Positions 9,950-19,231 of a DNA stretch of 46,450 bases are shown one piece after another (positions within the stretch are counted from its first letter, which is position 1; every line of letters begins with the position of its first letter). This DNA comes from Candidatus Limnocylindrales bacterium (GTDB lineage Bacteria > Moduliflexota > Moduliflexia > Moduliflexales > JAUQPW01): contig DATMBG010000002.1 of assembly GCA_035559535.1 (NCBI GenBank), positions 62,001-108,450 on the forward strand, in the 5' to 3' direction. A program made the position numbers and the translations under genes. The notes under the pieces were generated by a model. The model searched no databases, was not told the DNA's origin, and was given only the letters and a program-made list of their open reading frames with translations.

Positions 9950-10396
9950 ATGGGAAAAAAGAATGTTCATGGAACACGAGAAAACCTGGGATTTTTATTG
10001 GCGAGAGCTTCCCAGCGATGGAATGAGTTGTTATACGAAGGTTTTTGTCGGGCTAACTATCCCGATGTACGCCCCGCTTATGGTTCTATTTTGATTCTAC
10101 TTTTTGAAGAAAATGGCTTACAGATGGGGGAACTTGCAAGGCGAGCCCGACTTAGTAAACAAACCATGACGACCCTCATAAAGGCCATGGAACAAAAAGG
10201 ACTTGTCATACGTAGGCGAGACCCGGAAGATGCCCGAGCCTTTCGTATTTACCTGACGGCTCGTAGCCGCCGTTTTAAGGCTGTAGCCGAAGAGGTTTTA
10301 AACGAGCTGGATGAGCAGGTAAAAGCTCGACTGACTCCGGAACAGGTATCCATATTAAGGAATTCTCTCAAAGCACTCCTGAACCTCTCCCGCTAA
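9950..10396 (+). CDS. MarR-family transcriptional regulator
   Basis: wHTH GELARRARLSKQTMTTLIKAMEQKGLV and wing RRDPEDARAFRIYLT. Start uncertain (9914 or 9950). Confidence 0.9.
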   Translation: MGKKNVHGTRENLGFLLARASQRWNELLYEGFCRANYPDVRPAYGSILILLFEENGLQMGELARRARLSKQTMTTLIKAMEQKGLVIRRRDPEDARAFRIYLTARSRRFKAVAEEVLNELDEQVKARLTPEQVSILRNSLKALLNLSR

Positions 10397-10616
10397 CCTG
10401 CCCAACTTAGAAACTGTTCAGGTTGACTTGTTGAATTCTCCAAAGGTTGTAACACCTGATTTATCCCTTAAAATCATTCCCATAATCCTCAACAAATTAG
10501 TCTTATATAGAACCATCTCACAGGGAATGGCTCTATTAGGAATCCTGAAAATCCAGGGTCTTAAAGCGTGAAGGTTCGTTTTTATTTCTTCTGGTAGGAA
10601 GGCTTTCAGGTTCAAC

Positions 10617-11339
10617 TCAATGGGATGGCTTCCACTGTCGGGCATCCAGAGACTGGCCGGTAACTTCTTTAGCTTCTGGGGAAGCCAGATAAACAAAAAC
10701 CTCCGTAATATCTTCAGGCTTTGGTAAGGTAGTCGGATCTTCTTCTGGATAAGCCAGGGCGCGCATTCGGGTAGCGGCTTTTCCGGGATTTACAGAATTC
10801 ACCCGGATTCCATAGGCTCTGACCTCTTCGGCCAGAACCTTTGTTAAATACTCAACGGCGACTTTGGAGATCGCATAAGGACCCCAGTGGGTAGCGACCC
10901 GATGAACCACACCGGAAGAGAGATTGATGATACTCCCGGTACGCTGTTTCATCATAATGGGGAGAACTTCCCGACAGCAGAGAAAGGTTCCTTTGAGGTT
11001 TACATCCAATGTGAGATTCCAGTCCTGGGTTGAGACTTCTACCAGAGGAACTCGCGGAGTCAAGACCCCTGCATTATTGATCAACGTATCGATCCGTCCA
11101 AAGGTTTCCATCGATTTTTGCATCATCTCCCGAACTTCCTCTTCCCGAGAAACATCGACTTTAAGAGGAAGGGCCTTCCGACCCTGTTGTTGAACTTCCG
11201 AGGCGGTTGCCAGGATTTCAGATTCGGTTCGGGCTACCAAAATTACATGACTTCCTTCTCTGGCAAAGGCTAAAGCCAGGGCTTTTCCAATCCCCCGGCC
11301 TCCCCCGGTTATAAGGGTAATCTGATCTTTTAACCTCAT
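10617..11339 (-). CDS. SDR oxidoreductase, YciK-like
   Basis: TGGGRGIG, NNAG, YAISK, VNPG..ATRMRALAYPEEDP. Its ATG overlaps the upstream TGA (ATGA at 11339-11336). Confidence 0.9.
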   Translation of the reverse strand: MRLKDQITLITGGGRGIGKALALAFAREGSHVILVARTESEILATASEVQQQGRKALPLKVDVSREEEVREMMQKSMETFGRIDTLINNAGVLTPRVPLVEVSTQDWNLTLDVNLKGTFLCCREVLPIMMKQRTGSIINLSSGVVHRVATHWGPYAISKVAVEYLTKVLAEEVRAYGIRVNSVNPGKAATRMRALAYPEEDPTTLPKPEDITEVFVYLASPEAKEVTGQSLDARQWKPSH

Positions 11340-11965
11340 ATTTGACCCCCCTCCGGACCCTCCAGGCTTTTCCATAAATAAAGCGTGGCCACAGTTCGAT
11401 AAGGCCTCCAGGGTTCGGCCAGGTTCCGAATAACATGAGCCCGTGGAAGTTCCTCGAGTTGATAGGCCTTCTGAATGGCTTTCCGCAATCCCAAATCATC
11501 CACAGGAAGTACATCCAGTCGACCCAGACTGAAAATAAGAAACATCTCAGCAGTCCATCGACCAATTCCTTTGACCTGAATTAAATTTTGGATGATCTCT
11601 TCATCGGACATTTGACGCCACTTCTCCAGGGAAAGAGTTCCATCCTTAAATTTAAGGGCCAGATCTTTCAGGTAGACAGTTTTCTGTCTGGATAAACCTG
11701 CAGAGCGGAGTTGTTCATCTGGGGTATTGAGGATATCTTCAGGTGCCAGACCACGACCATCATAAAGTTCTAACAGGCGATTAAAGATGGCCCTGGCGGC
11801 TTTGCCACTGATCTGTTGCCAGATAATGGCTTTTGCCAAAGATAAAAAATAAGGACCTTGAAGTGAGAAAGTAAATCTCCCTACCTGTTCGATAATCCGG
11901 CTGAGAATCGGATCATTTTTCTTTAAGGCCGCCACAGCACCTCTTAGAGAAATTCTTCGGACCAT
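11336..11965 (-). CDS. alkA: DNA-3-methyladenine glycosylase II (AlkA/HhH-GPD family)
   Basis: IIWQQISGKAA, HhH VKGIGRWTAEM, LPVDDLG (catalytic Asp), WRPYRTVATLYLW. Confidence 0.9.
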   Translation of the reverse strand: MVRRISLRGAVAALKKNDPILSRIIEQVGRFTFSLQGPYFLSLAKAIIWQQISGKAARAIFNRLLELYDGRGLAPEDILNTPDEQLRSAGLSRQKTVYLKDLALKFKDGTLSLEKWRQMSDEEIIQNLIQVKGIGRWTAEMFLIFSLGRLDVLPVDDLGLRKAIQKAYQLEELPRAHVIRNLAEPWRPYRTVATLYLWKSLEGPEGGQI

Positions 11966-12101
11966 AGCTACTTTACCCTTCACATAAAAAAAATACTTTT
12001 CTTTATCTTTAGACAAGATATTTTATTTATTAACATCGCAAAAAATTCAAATTCAGTAAAACCCAATCCAGAAGAACAGATAAGAGAGAGGAGGAAATAA
12101 C

Positions 12102-13139
12102 ATGAAAAAAATGCCCCTATTATCCCTAATCATCCTATTTTCTATGGTGTTTGTTCCATCAAAAGCCGAAGCTTTAAAACTTGTGACTTACTCCTTTGAG
12201 GGAGAAATGCGGATAGGAGCTCTTCTGGATGATAATAAAGTGGTGGATCTTAACCGGGCTTATCAAGCGCTTTTGCAACAGCGGGGAGATCCCAGGCCTG
12301 AAGCTATGGCGGTGGCTGTTGTTCCATCGACTATGCTGGAATTTCTCCAGGGGGGCGAGAGATCCCTGGAGGCTGCCAGGGAAGCGCTGGCATTTGTCCA
12401 AAAGGAATCTACTTCAAAGCTAAAAGCAGAAGGCATTCTTCGGGATCTGGCGTCGGTAAAACTAGAGGCCCCCATTCCCAGACCATCCAAAATTACCAAT
12501 TTGGGTCTTAACTATCGGGACCATGCCGCCGAGACAGGACAAGAAGTTCCTAAGGTTCCTTTACTCTTCGGAGTATATCCCAGTGCGGTCATCGGACCTG
12601 GGGATGCCATCGTTATTCCCATGGGGAGTGAAGAACCTGATTATGAAGCCGAGCTTGGAGTAGTAATCGGTAAACGGGGTAAACATATTCCTCCCGAAAA
12701 AGCTATGGATTACATTGCCGGTTACCTCATTGTCAACGATGTCTCAGCTCGAGATTGGCAGCGACGGACCAGCCAGTTCCTGATCGGTAAAACTCCCGAT
12801 ACCTTTAAACCCATGGGACCTTATCTGGTAACTAAAGATGAAATCCCCAATCCCCATAATTTAACCATTAAGCTATGGGTTAACGACGAGCTACGTCAGA
12901 ATTCCAATACCGGGCAACAGGTTTTTAAGATCTGGGATGTAATCGCTTACATTTCAAATATCTGGACCTTAGAACCTGGGGACATAATTTCCACCGGTAC
13001 TCCGGCAGGAGTTGGACAGGCCCGTAAGCCCCCTGTTTTCTTGAAACCTGGAGATCGCGTGCGAATAGAAATCTCCGGTCTGGGTCTATTGGAAAATCCG
13101 GTAGTGGCGGAAAAACAAGTTGTAGAAGAAGGAGGCTAA
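12102..13139 (+). CDS. Fumarylacetoacetate hydrolase (FAH) family protein with N-terminal signal peptide
   Basis: [59 protein letters not shown]. Leader MKK-hydrophobic-AEA. Confidence 0.92.
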   Translation: MKKMPLLSLIILFSMVFVPSKAEALKLVTYSFEGEMRIGALLDDNKVVDLNRAYQALLQQRGDPRPEAMAVAVVPSTMLEFLQGGERSLEAAREALAFVQKESTSKLKAEGILRDLASVKLEAPIPRPSKITNLGLNYRDHAAETGQEVPKVPLLFGVYPSAVIGPGDAIVIPMGSEEPDYEAELGVVIGKRGKHIPPEKAMDYIAGYLIVNDVSARDWQRRTSQFLIGKTPDTFKPMGPYLVTKDEIPNPHNLTIKLWVNDELRQNSNTGQQVFKIWDVIAYISNIWTLEPGDIISTGTPAGVGQARKPPVFLKPGDRVRIEISGLGLLENPVVAEKQVVEEGG

Positions 13140-13149
13140 ACACCGTAAA

Positions 13150-15081
13150 ATGGCTCATCCCCAAATAGCACCTTATGGTTCCTGGAAATCGCCCATCACT
13201 GCAGATCTGGTTGCCTCTGGAGCCCTGCGACTAGAGCAGATCGTTCTGGATGGGGAAGATATTTACTGGATTGAAACACGTCCGACCGAAGGGGGACGGA
13301 ATGCTATTGTGAAATATACCCCGGAGGGGCAGATGAGGGAAGTAATTCCTCCCCCATTCAATGCTCGCACGCGGGTCCATGAATATGGGGGCGGTTCTTT
13401 TGGGGTCAGAGGGGGAACCCTTTATTTTTCAAACTTCACAGATCAACGGGTTTATCACCAAACTCCCGGTTCAACGCCGCAGCCGCTCACCCCTGACACA
13501 AATTTTTACTATGCCGATGGGGTTATCGACCCTTACCGGAAACGGATGATCTGTGTACGAGAAGATCATACGGTAGCCGGCGGTGAACCCATAACCACTC
13601 TGGTAAGTCTGGATCTGGAGAAAGGGGGGCCCGGTGAAGTACTGATTTCCGGAAATGATTTTTATGCCTCCCCTCGCCTCAGTCCCGATGGATCTCGTCT
13701 GGCCTGGCTCACCTGGAATCATCCGAATATGCCATGGGATGGAACTGAATTATGGGTCGGTGAGATGAGAGAGGAGGGTTCGCTGGGCCGGACCCAGTGG
13801 GTAGCCGGAGGTATTGAAGAATCCATTTTTCAACCCGAATGGTCTCCAGATGGCCTCTTATACTTTGTCTCTGACCGAACCGGTTGGTGGAACCTCTACC
13901 GCTGGCGGGATGGAAATATCGAACCCCTGTATGAAAAGGAAACTGAGTTTGGAAGACCCCAATGGGTTTTTGGACTATCCACTTATGCCTTTGAGTCCTC
14001 CCACCGCATAATCTGTACCTATACGCAACACGGGATCTGGTACCTGGCAACCCTGGACCTGGAAACCTGTCGACTGAATCCTTTAGAAATTCCTTATACA
14101 GAAATAGCCAGTCTACGAGCAGTACCGGGTAAGGCAATATTTATCGCCGGGTCCCCCACCGAACCGGCATCAATAGTCCAGCTTGAGATAGCTACTAAAC
14201 AGATCCAGGTGTTACGCCGTTCCAGTAATATTGAAATAGATTCCGATTATTTATCCATTCCTCAACCCATAGAGTTCCCAACGGAGCAGGGGCAGACGGC
14301 CCATGCCTTCTTCTATGCACCTAAAAATCGAGATTTCAGAGCTCCAGCCGATGAACGACCTCCCCTGCTCGTTAAGAGCCACGGAGGCCCAACCGCGGCT
14401 ACCTCCACGACCCTCAATCTGGGTATTCAATACTGGACCAGTCGAGGAATTGCCGTCCTGGATGTGAACTATGGAGGCAGTACCGGATATGGACGGGCTT
14501 ATCGGCAACGGCTCAACGGCCAATGGGGTATTGTGGATGTGGATGATTGCGTGAATGGAGCCCGTTATTTGGTGGAACGCGGTGAAGTCGATGGAAATCG
14601 TCTGGCCATCGACGGGGGAAGTGCAGGAGGGTACACCACGCTGTGCGCGTTGACCTTCCGGAACCTTTTCAAAGCCGGTGCTAGCTATTATGGCGTTAGT
14701 GATTTAGAGGCTTTGGCGAAGGAGACTCACAAGTTCGAAGCCCATTATCTGGACAGCTTGATAGGCCCTTACCCGGAGCAACGAAATCTCTATCGGGAGC
14801 GCTCCCCCATTCACTTTACCGACCGTCTTTCCTGCCCCATTATTTTCTTCCAGGGGCTCGAGGACAAAGTAGTTCCTCCCAACCAGACCGAGAGGATGTT
14901 CGAAGCTATACGCACAAAAGGATTACCGGTAGCTTATCTCCCCTTCCCGGGTGAACAACATGGCTTCCGTCGTGGGGAGAATATTAAACGGGCTTTGGAG
15001 GCCGAGCTTTACTTTTATTCCAAGATTTTTGGGTTTACCCTCGCGGATCCTATTGAACCGGTGTTAATTGAAAATCTTTAA
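13150..15081 (+). CDS. S9-family prolyl oligopeptidase/acylaminoacyl peptidase
   Basis: [21 protein letters not shown] (Ser), FQGLEDKVV (Asp), EQHGFR (His). Confidence 0.95.
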   Translation: MAHPQIAPYGSWKSPITADLVASGALRLEQIVLDGEDIYWIETRPTEGGRNAIVKYTPEGQMREVIPPPFNARTRVHEYGGGSFGVRGGTLYFSNFTDQRVYHQTPGSTPQPLTPDTNFYYADGVIDPYRKRMICVREDHTVAGGEPITTLVSLDLEKGGPGEVLISGNDFYASPRLSPDGSRLAWLTWNHPNMPWDGTELWVGEMREEGSLGRTQWVAGGIEESIFQPEWSPDGLLYFVSDRTGWWNLYRWRDGNIEPLYEKETEFGRPQWVFGLSTYAFESSHRIICTYTQHGIWYLATLDLETCRLNPLEIPYTEIASLRAVPGKAIFIAGSPTEPASIVQLEIATKQIQVLRRSSNIEIDSDYLSIPQPIEFPTEQGQTAHAFFYAPKNRDFRAPADERPPLLVKSHGGPTAATSTTLNLGIQYWTSRGIAVLDVNYGGSTGYGRAYRQRLNGQWGIVDVDDCVNGARYLVERGEVDGNRLAIDGGSAGGYTTLCALTFRNLFKAGASYYGVSDLEALAKETHKFEAHYLDSLIGPYPEQRNLYRERSPIHFTDRLSCPIIFFQGLEDKVVPPNQTERMFEAIRTKGLPVAYLPFPGEQHGFRRGENIKRALEAELYFYSKIFGFTLADPIEPVLIENL

Positions 15082-15147
15082 AAAGGGGCCTATCCTTACT
15101 CCCTCCCGTATAAAATCCGCCCTTTTCTAAATCCACCGAAAAAGGTA

Positions 15148-15954
15148 TTATTCCAACTTACCAAAACGACGTCGATATTCCTCAAGTAATTGTTCTGCTC
15201 GTTCAGCCCGTTGCTTTTCCTGTTCAGCTCGCTGCCTTTCTTGTTCAGCTCGCTGCTTTTCCTGTTCAGCTCGCTGCCTTTCTTGTTCAGCTCGCTGCCT
15301 TTCCTGTTCAGCCCGTTGCTTTTCCTGTTGAGCCAGTTCCCAAGGGGTTGGTACCACACTCCCATCTTCCTTTATCCAACGCAACCATCCCCCTCGTATA
15401 CCCAAATAGAGTCCCGTTGTCGGGGAATAGATTTTTCCTTCCTCATCCGGTTCCACTTTTTCATATCGTGTACCGTGCAAATGATACCCATAAAACTCTT
15501 GAGAGAACGGATCGTAAAGATAATACTCTCCTGTCCGAAACACTCGCTCGTACAAGGTTTTCTTCTCCCCTTTATCCTCCTGCCTCGTAGTATCAGACAG
15601 TAGTTCTATGATTACATCGGGAAAGCGCATTCCCTCCTGCCACACTACCCAGCTCTTCCGCTCTCGGTCTTCTACATCCAGTACTAAGAAAAAATCGGGT
15701 CCTCTAAACTTCCTTTTACTTTGTGGGTCATAATGTAAAAACATATTCCCCCCCACATAGTAATTTTTTCGATCTGACCAATGTACCTTGAGGGATTCAA
15801 TCAAAATGTTCATCTGATCTCGATGCCGTGCGGTTTCCATGGGTTCTCCATCATCATAGGGCAAGTCATCCTCTGTGGGAAGGGATTTAATACTTTCGAG
15901 GATTTCTGGCTCAGTGATGGGTTCCGTAAGGGAAGATAGATCTGGAAAGCTCAT
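15148..15954 (-). CDS. Uma2/DUF820-family PD-(D/E)XK endonuclease-like protein with coiled-coil tail
   Basis: DDGEPMET..H, GPDFF, PDVIIELLS, D..EKK.LY, EYYLYDP motifs. Confidence 0.9.
   Translation of the reverse strand: MSFPDLSSLTEPITEPEILESIKSLPTEDDLPYDDGEPMETARHRDQMNILIESLKVHWSDRKNYYVGGNMFLHYDPQSKRKFRGPDFFLVLDVEDRERKSWVVWQEGMRFPDVIIELLSDTTRQEDKGEKKTLYERVFRTGEYYLYDPFSQEFYGYHLHGTRYEKVEPDEEGKIYSPTTGLYLGIRGGWLRWIKEDGSVVPTPWELAQQEKQRAEQERQRAEQERQRAEQEKQRAEQERQRAEQEKQRAERAEQLLEEYRRRFGKLE
15201..15326 (-). repeat. Six tandem 21-bp repeats encoding heptads QE(K/R)QRAE
   Basis: Units start at 15201, 15222, 15243, 15264, 15285 and 15306: GTTCAGCYCGYTGCYTTTCYT on the + strand. Confidence 0.95.
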
Positions 15955-16176
15955 ACCATTCTCCTGGAAGTTAAAGGTTCAAAAAGGACTAACTCTTTCA
16001 ACCAAATTTTAATTTTATTTTAATTTTAACCTGGATTAAGATTGGATTCAAGAAAAAATTACTCCTCAACAAGGGGTCCTCTTTTTACCTTCCCGGGGGA
16101 CTACTCATGGCTGCCAACAATTAAATTTGCCAGATCGACGGGAATGGCTTACCCTTATAAGGGAGGTGATACCAGC

Positions 16177-17961
16177 GTGTCGGATCACAAAATACTTCGC
16201 TGCACCCGGGACTTTATAGAACTTCTTAAAAAAGAAAACCAACTATGGATTCTGGAAGATGAGGTGGACCCCCATCTGGAGTTGGCCCAGATCCAGCGTG
16301 AGGTTTGTCGAAGAAAAGGACCTGCGGTGCTCTATACCCGGGTTAAAGGAACCCCTTTTCCCGTTGTAACCAATCTATATGGTTCTGCTCAACGATTGGA
16401 ATTGGCCTTTGGGGAACGGCCCTTTCGATTTATTCAAAGGCTGGCCGAGATGATTCACCAATTGATGCCACCTACGGCCAAGAAACTATGGGCTACACGA
16501 AATGTGTGGGGGCAGGTTTTGAGAATCGGTCTGAAAAACCGCCGACGAGGAGCCGTTTTTGAGAATTCTATCCAACCGGTGGATTTGATGCAACTCCCTC
16601 AGATTAAAAGCTGGCCCGAGGATGGAGGGGCTTTTATTACTCTGCCGCTGGTTTATACCGAAAGTCCTTCCACTGGAAAAAGTAATCTGGGGATGTATCG
16701 GATGCAAATGTTTGACGCGACCCATGCAGGTATGCATATTCAAATCCATCGTGGGGGTGGATTTCACTATCATGAAGCGGAAACCTCCGGTAATCCCCTG
16801 CCGGTTAATGTCTTCATAGGGGGACCCCCTGCCATGACCCTTGCGGCCATAGCCCCCTTACCGGAAGATATTCCCGAATTGCTCTTTGCTTCTTTATTAA
16901 TGGGACAGAAATTGGAAGTAGGCAGACCGGATAAAGCCTTCGGGCGTATTGTCTGGGACAGTGACTTTTGCCTGCAAGGATGGATCCCCCCTGGGAAAAG
17001 ACGACCTGAAGGACCTTTCGGCGATCACTATGGTTACTATTCCCTTTGCCATGAGTATCCTTACATGGAAATTAAATCGATCCATTATCGAAAGGGAGCC
17101 ATTTATCCCGCTACCGTAGTCGGCAGACCTCCCCAGGAAGATCACTACATTGCAGAGTTTTTACAAGAACTTTTAGCTCCACTTTTTCCCTTAGTAATGC
17201 CCGGTGTGATGAAGGTTTGGGCTTATGAAGAGTCCGGGGTTCATTCTCTGGCCGGAGCAGTAGTCAAGAACCGCTACTATAAAGAGGCCTTTACCAGTGC
17301 CTTGCGAATCCTGGGGGAAGGTCAATTGTCCCTGACCAAATTTTTGCTGGTTACCGATCAAAATGTGGATCCCAAGAACTTTAAAGAATTCTTCACCCGG
17401 ATCCTCGAAAGGGCCGATTTTCGACAAGATCTTTTTATTCTTTCCAACATATCTCAGGATACTTTGGATTATACAGGACCCAGGATTAATGAAGGAAGTA
17501 AAGCTATTTTATTGGGGCTTGGAGAAAAAAAACGGACTCTGCCAACCCAGTGGCGAGGGACCTTTAAAAGTCCACAATTCACCCATGCCGAATATTTCTG
17601 CCCCGGAGTCCTTTGTGTAACCGGAACCTCATTTAAACACCGCCCCGATCTGGCTCTTGATTTGGTTCAAGAGCCTGCCATTCAAGACTTTGCGATGGTT
17701 TTTCTATTAGACGATGCCCGGGCAGCCGTCCGATCTCCAGAAGACTTCATCTGGCATGTATTCACACGCTTTGAGCCAGCCGCAGATATTTACGGACGGA
17801 AAGTGGAAGTACGATTTCATCTGGGTATAGAAGGACCTGTGGTCGTTGATTGTCGACTCAAACCCTGGTATCCTAAAGTCTTAGAAGAAGACCCTGAAGT
17901 AGCCAGGCGGGTTCAACAAAAGTGGGGAGCCACTCTGGATACCCTATGCAAACAAGGGTAA
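16177..17961 (+). CDS. UbiD-family (prFMN-dependent) decarboxylase, long form; possibly menaquinone futalosine-pathway type
   Basis: WPEDGGAFITLP, NLGMYRMQ, EGPFGDHYGYY, ATVVGRPPQED, DTLDY. GTG start at 16177 after GGAGGT. Confidence 0.9.
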   Translation: MSDHKILRCTRDFIELLKKENQLWILEDEVDPHLELAQIQREVCRRKGPAVLYTRVKGTPFPVVTNLYGSAQRLELAFGERPFRFIQRLAEMIHQLMPPTAKKLWATRNVWGQVLRIGLKNRRRGAVFENSIQPVDLMQLPQIKSWPEDGGAFITLPLVYTESPSTGKSNLGMYRMQMFDATHAGMHIQIHRGGGFHYHEAETSGNPLPVNVFIGGPPAMTLAAIAPLPEDIPELLFASLLMGQKLEVGRPDKAFGRIVWDSDFCLQGWIPPGKRRPEGPFGDHYGYYSLCHEYPYMEIKSIHYRKGAIYPATVVGRPPQEDHYIAEFLQELLAPLFPLVMPGVMKVWAYEESGVHSLAGAVVKNRYYKEAFTSALRILGEGQLSLTKFLLVTDQNVDPKNFKEFFTRILERADFRQDLFILSNISQDTLDYTGPRINEGSKAILLGLGEKKRTLPTQWRGTFKSPQFTHAEYFCPGVLCVTGTSFKHRPDLALDLVQEPAIQDFAMVFLLDDARAAVRSPEDFIWHVFTRFEPAADIYGRKVEVRFHLGIEGPVVVDCRLKPWYPKVLEEDPEVARRVQQKWGATLDTLCKQG

Positions 17962-18160
17962 CTCAGGAGTTTTAAGAACTCTACCAGGGGTCATTCCCTA
18001 TTCCCCATTCGACTGAAGCCTGTCGGGGGATAAATTCCTTGAAACCCAGGACCCGGGCCATCCTCCGACAAACTCCAGACGGGCCGGGTAAAGAAACCCA
18101 TTTTCCCGATTAATTTAAAAGGGTTACTTTCGGAAATATCCCCTATGACCTCGGCTCATT

Positions 18161-18721
18161 TTATCGTACACCCCCCGTGGAGGCACCACCCGTTGGGCTC
18201 TCACTTCCAGACGTACTGCCGGTTGCACCACTTATACCGGGTCCGGTTCTGTTCAACAGGCTACCCGATGTAGAGGTATTCCCCGGGGTAATCCCACCGG
18301 TTGTGGTTCCACTCTTTGGACTTGTCGTACCACTCTGTGTAACTGGACCGGTTGCAGTACCCGCCGTCGGAAAATGGCTTGTTCCACCTGATGCAGGATT
18401 ACCTGGAGTTGTACTCTCCGGGGTCATAGAAGGAGTACCTCCGGTTATCCCGGTTCCTGTACCGGTTGGATTACCGGAACTGGCATTACCCGGGCCGGTT
18501 ACCTTCCCGCCCGGATTATCGGTTGGGGTTGTAGCGATACCAGAACCTGGCGTACTATCCGGGGTATTACCTGCCCCTCCGACAATAGTCCCCCCAATAA
18601 TGCCCGGTCGATTACCCCGTGTAACTACCCCGACGCTTTCCGTGTCTCTTTTATTTTCATGTACACATCCTGTAATTACCAGGAAGACCAGACTGACTAT
18701 CCCTAATTCCCTCGTAAACAT
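18161..18721 (-). CDS. Gly/Thr/Ser/Pro-rich low-complexity lipoprotein
   Basis: ATG at 18721 after AAGGAAGGA. Lipobox VITG-C. The mature chain is almost wholly G/T/S/P. Confidence 0.65.
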   Translation of the reverse strand: MFTRELGIVSLVFLVITGCVHENKRDTESVGVVTRGNRPGIIGGTIVGGAGNTPDSTPGSGIATTPTDNPGGKVTGPGNASSGNPTGTGTGITGGTPSMTPESTTPGNPASGGTSHFPTAGTATGPVTQSGTTSPKSGTTTGGITPGNTSTSGSLLNRTGPGISGATGSTSGSESPTGGASTGGVR

Positions 18722-18920
18722 ACTCCATTCCTTCCTTAAAGGGTTAAACAAATTTAAACTTACCTTAAACTAAATATAACTTATTTAAGTCTTGTTTTAC
18801 AGTTTTAAATTATTTACTACCTTTTATTCATCGAAAGCCGGATTCATGAAAATCTGTTTATCCTTTTGGATGCTTTTCGATATTACTACCTTGTAAAGTT
18901 AAATTTGAATAACCGTTCTG

Positions 18921-18964
18921 CCCTCACCCCCGGCCCCTCTCCCGAAGCTTGGGGAGAGGGGAGT
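18921..18964 (+). repeat. REP-like element of the CCCTCACCCC..CCCCTCTCCC..GGGAGAGGGG class
   Basis: Perfect 10-bp stem 18934-18943/18952-18961 preceded by CCCTCACCCC. Confidence 0.75.
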
Positions 18965-19231
18965 TGGAGATGAAAGCCACATTATAAGGTCAAAATTAAG
19001 GTAATCGGGTATGAAATGGAAGGAACTTGCGGCTTCCTTTCGTTTGTTCCTGAACCGGAAAAATTCTCTTTTTAAAAAAAGGATTTGACGAAGCGAGAAG
19101 AATCGGTTTTTATAAGATAACTCCGGAGGGAGGAACTTTCACCTTTAAAGGCCCTAGAAGGGAGTTAAGTTTGCTTTAAATCTCCGGATCGGCGAACTTA
19201 TCCCATGGTGTGGGAATTAAAGGAGGGCAAA

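Noticed and set aside
15201-15326. CRISPR-like or non-coding repeat, and overlapping ORFs 15096-15365 and 15190-15603
   Set aside because: The units are contiguous with no spacers and encode the Uma2 heptads. The other ORFs are alternative-frame shadows of the repeat.
16042-16176. N-terminal extension of UbiD in the ORF track
   Set aside because: GGAGGT precedes GTG at 16177, and the upstream residues do not look like UbiD.
18177-18773. 198-aa plus-strand Pro/Val/Gly ORF
   Set aside because: It is the antisense shadow of the lipoprotein. The minus-strand ORF has the RBS and lipobox.
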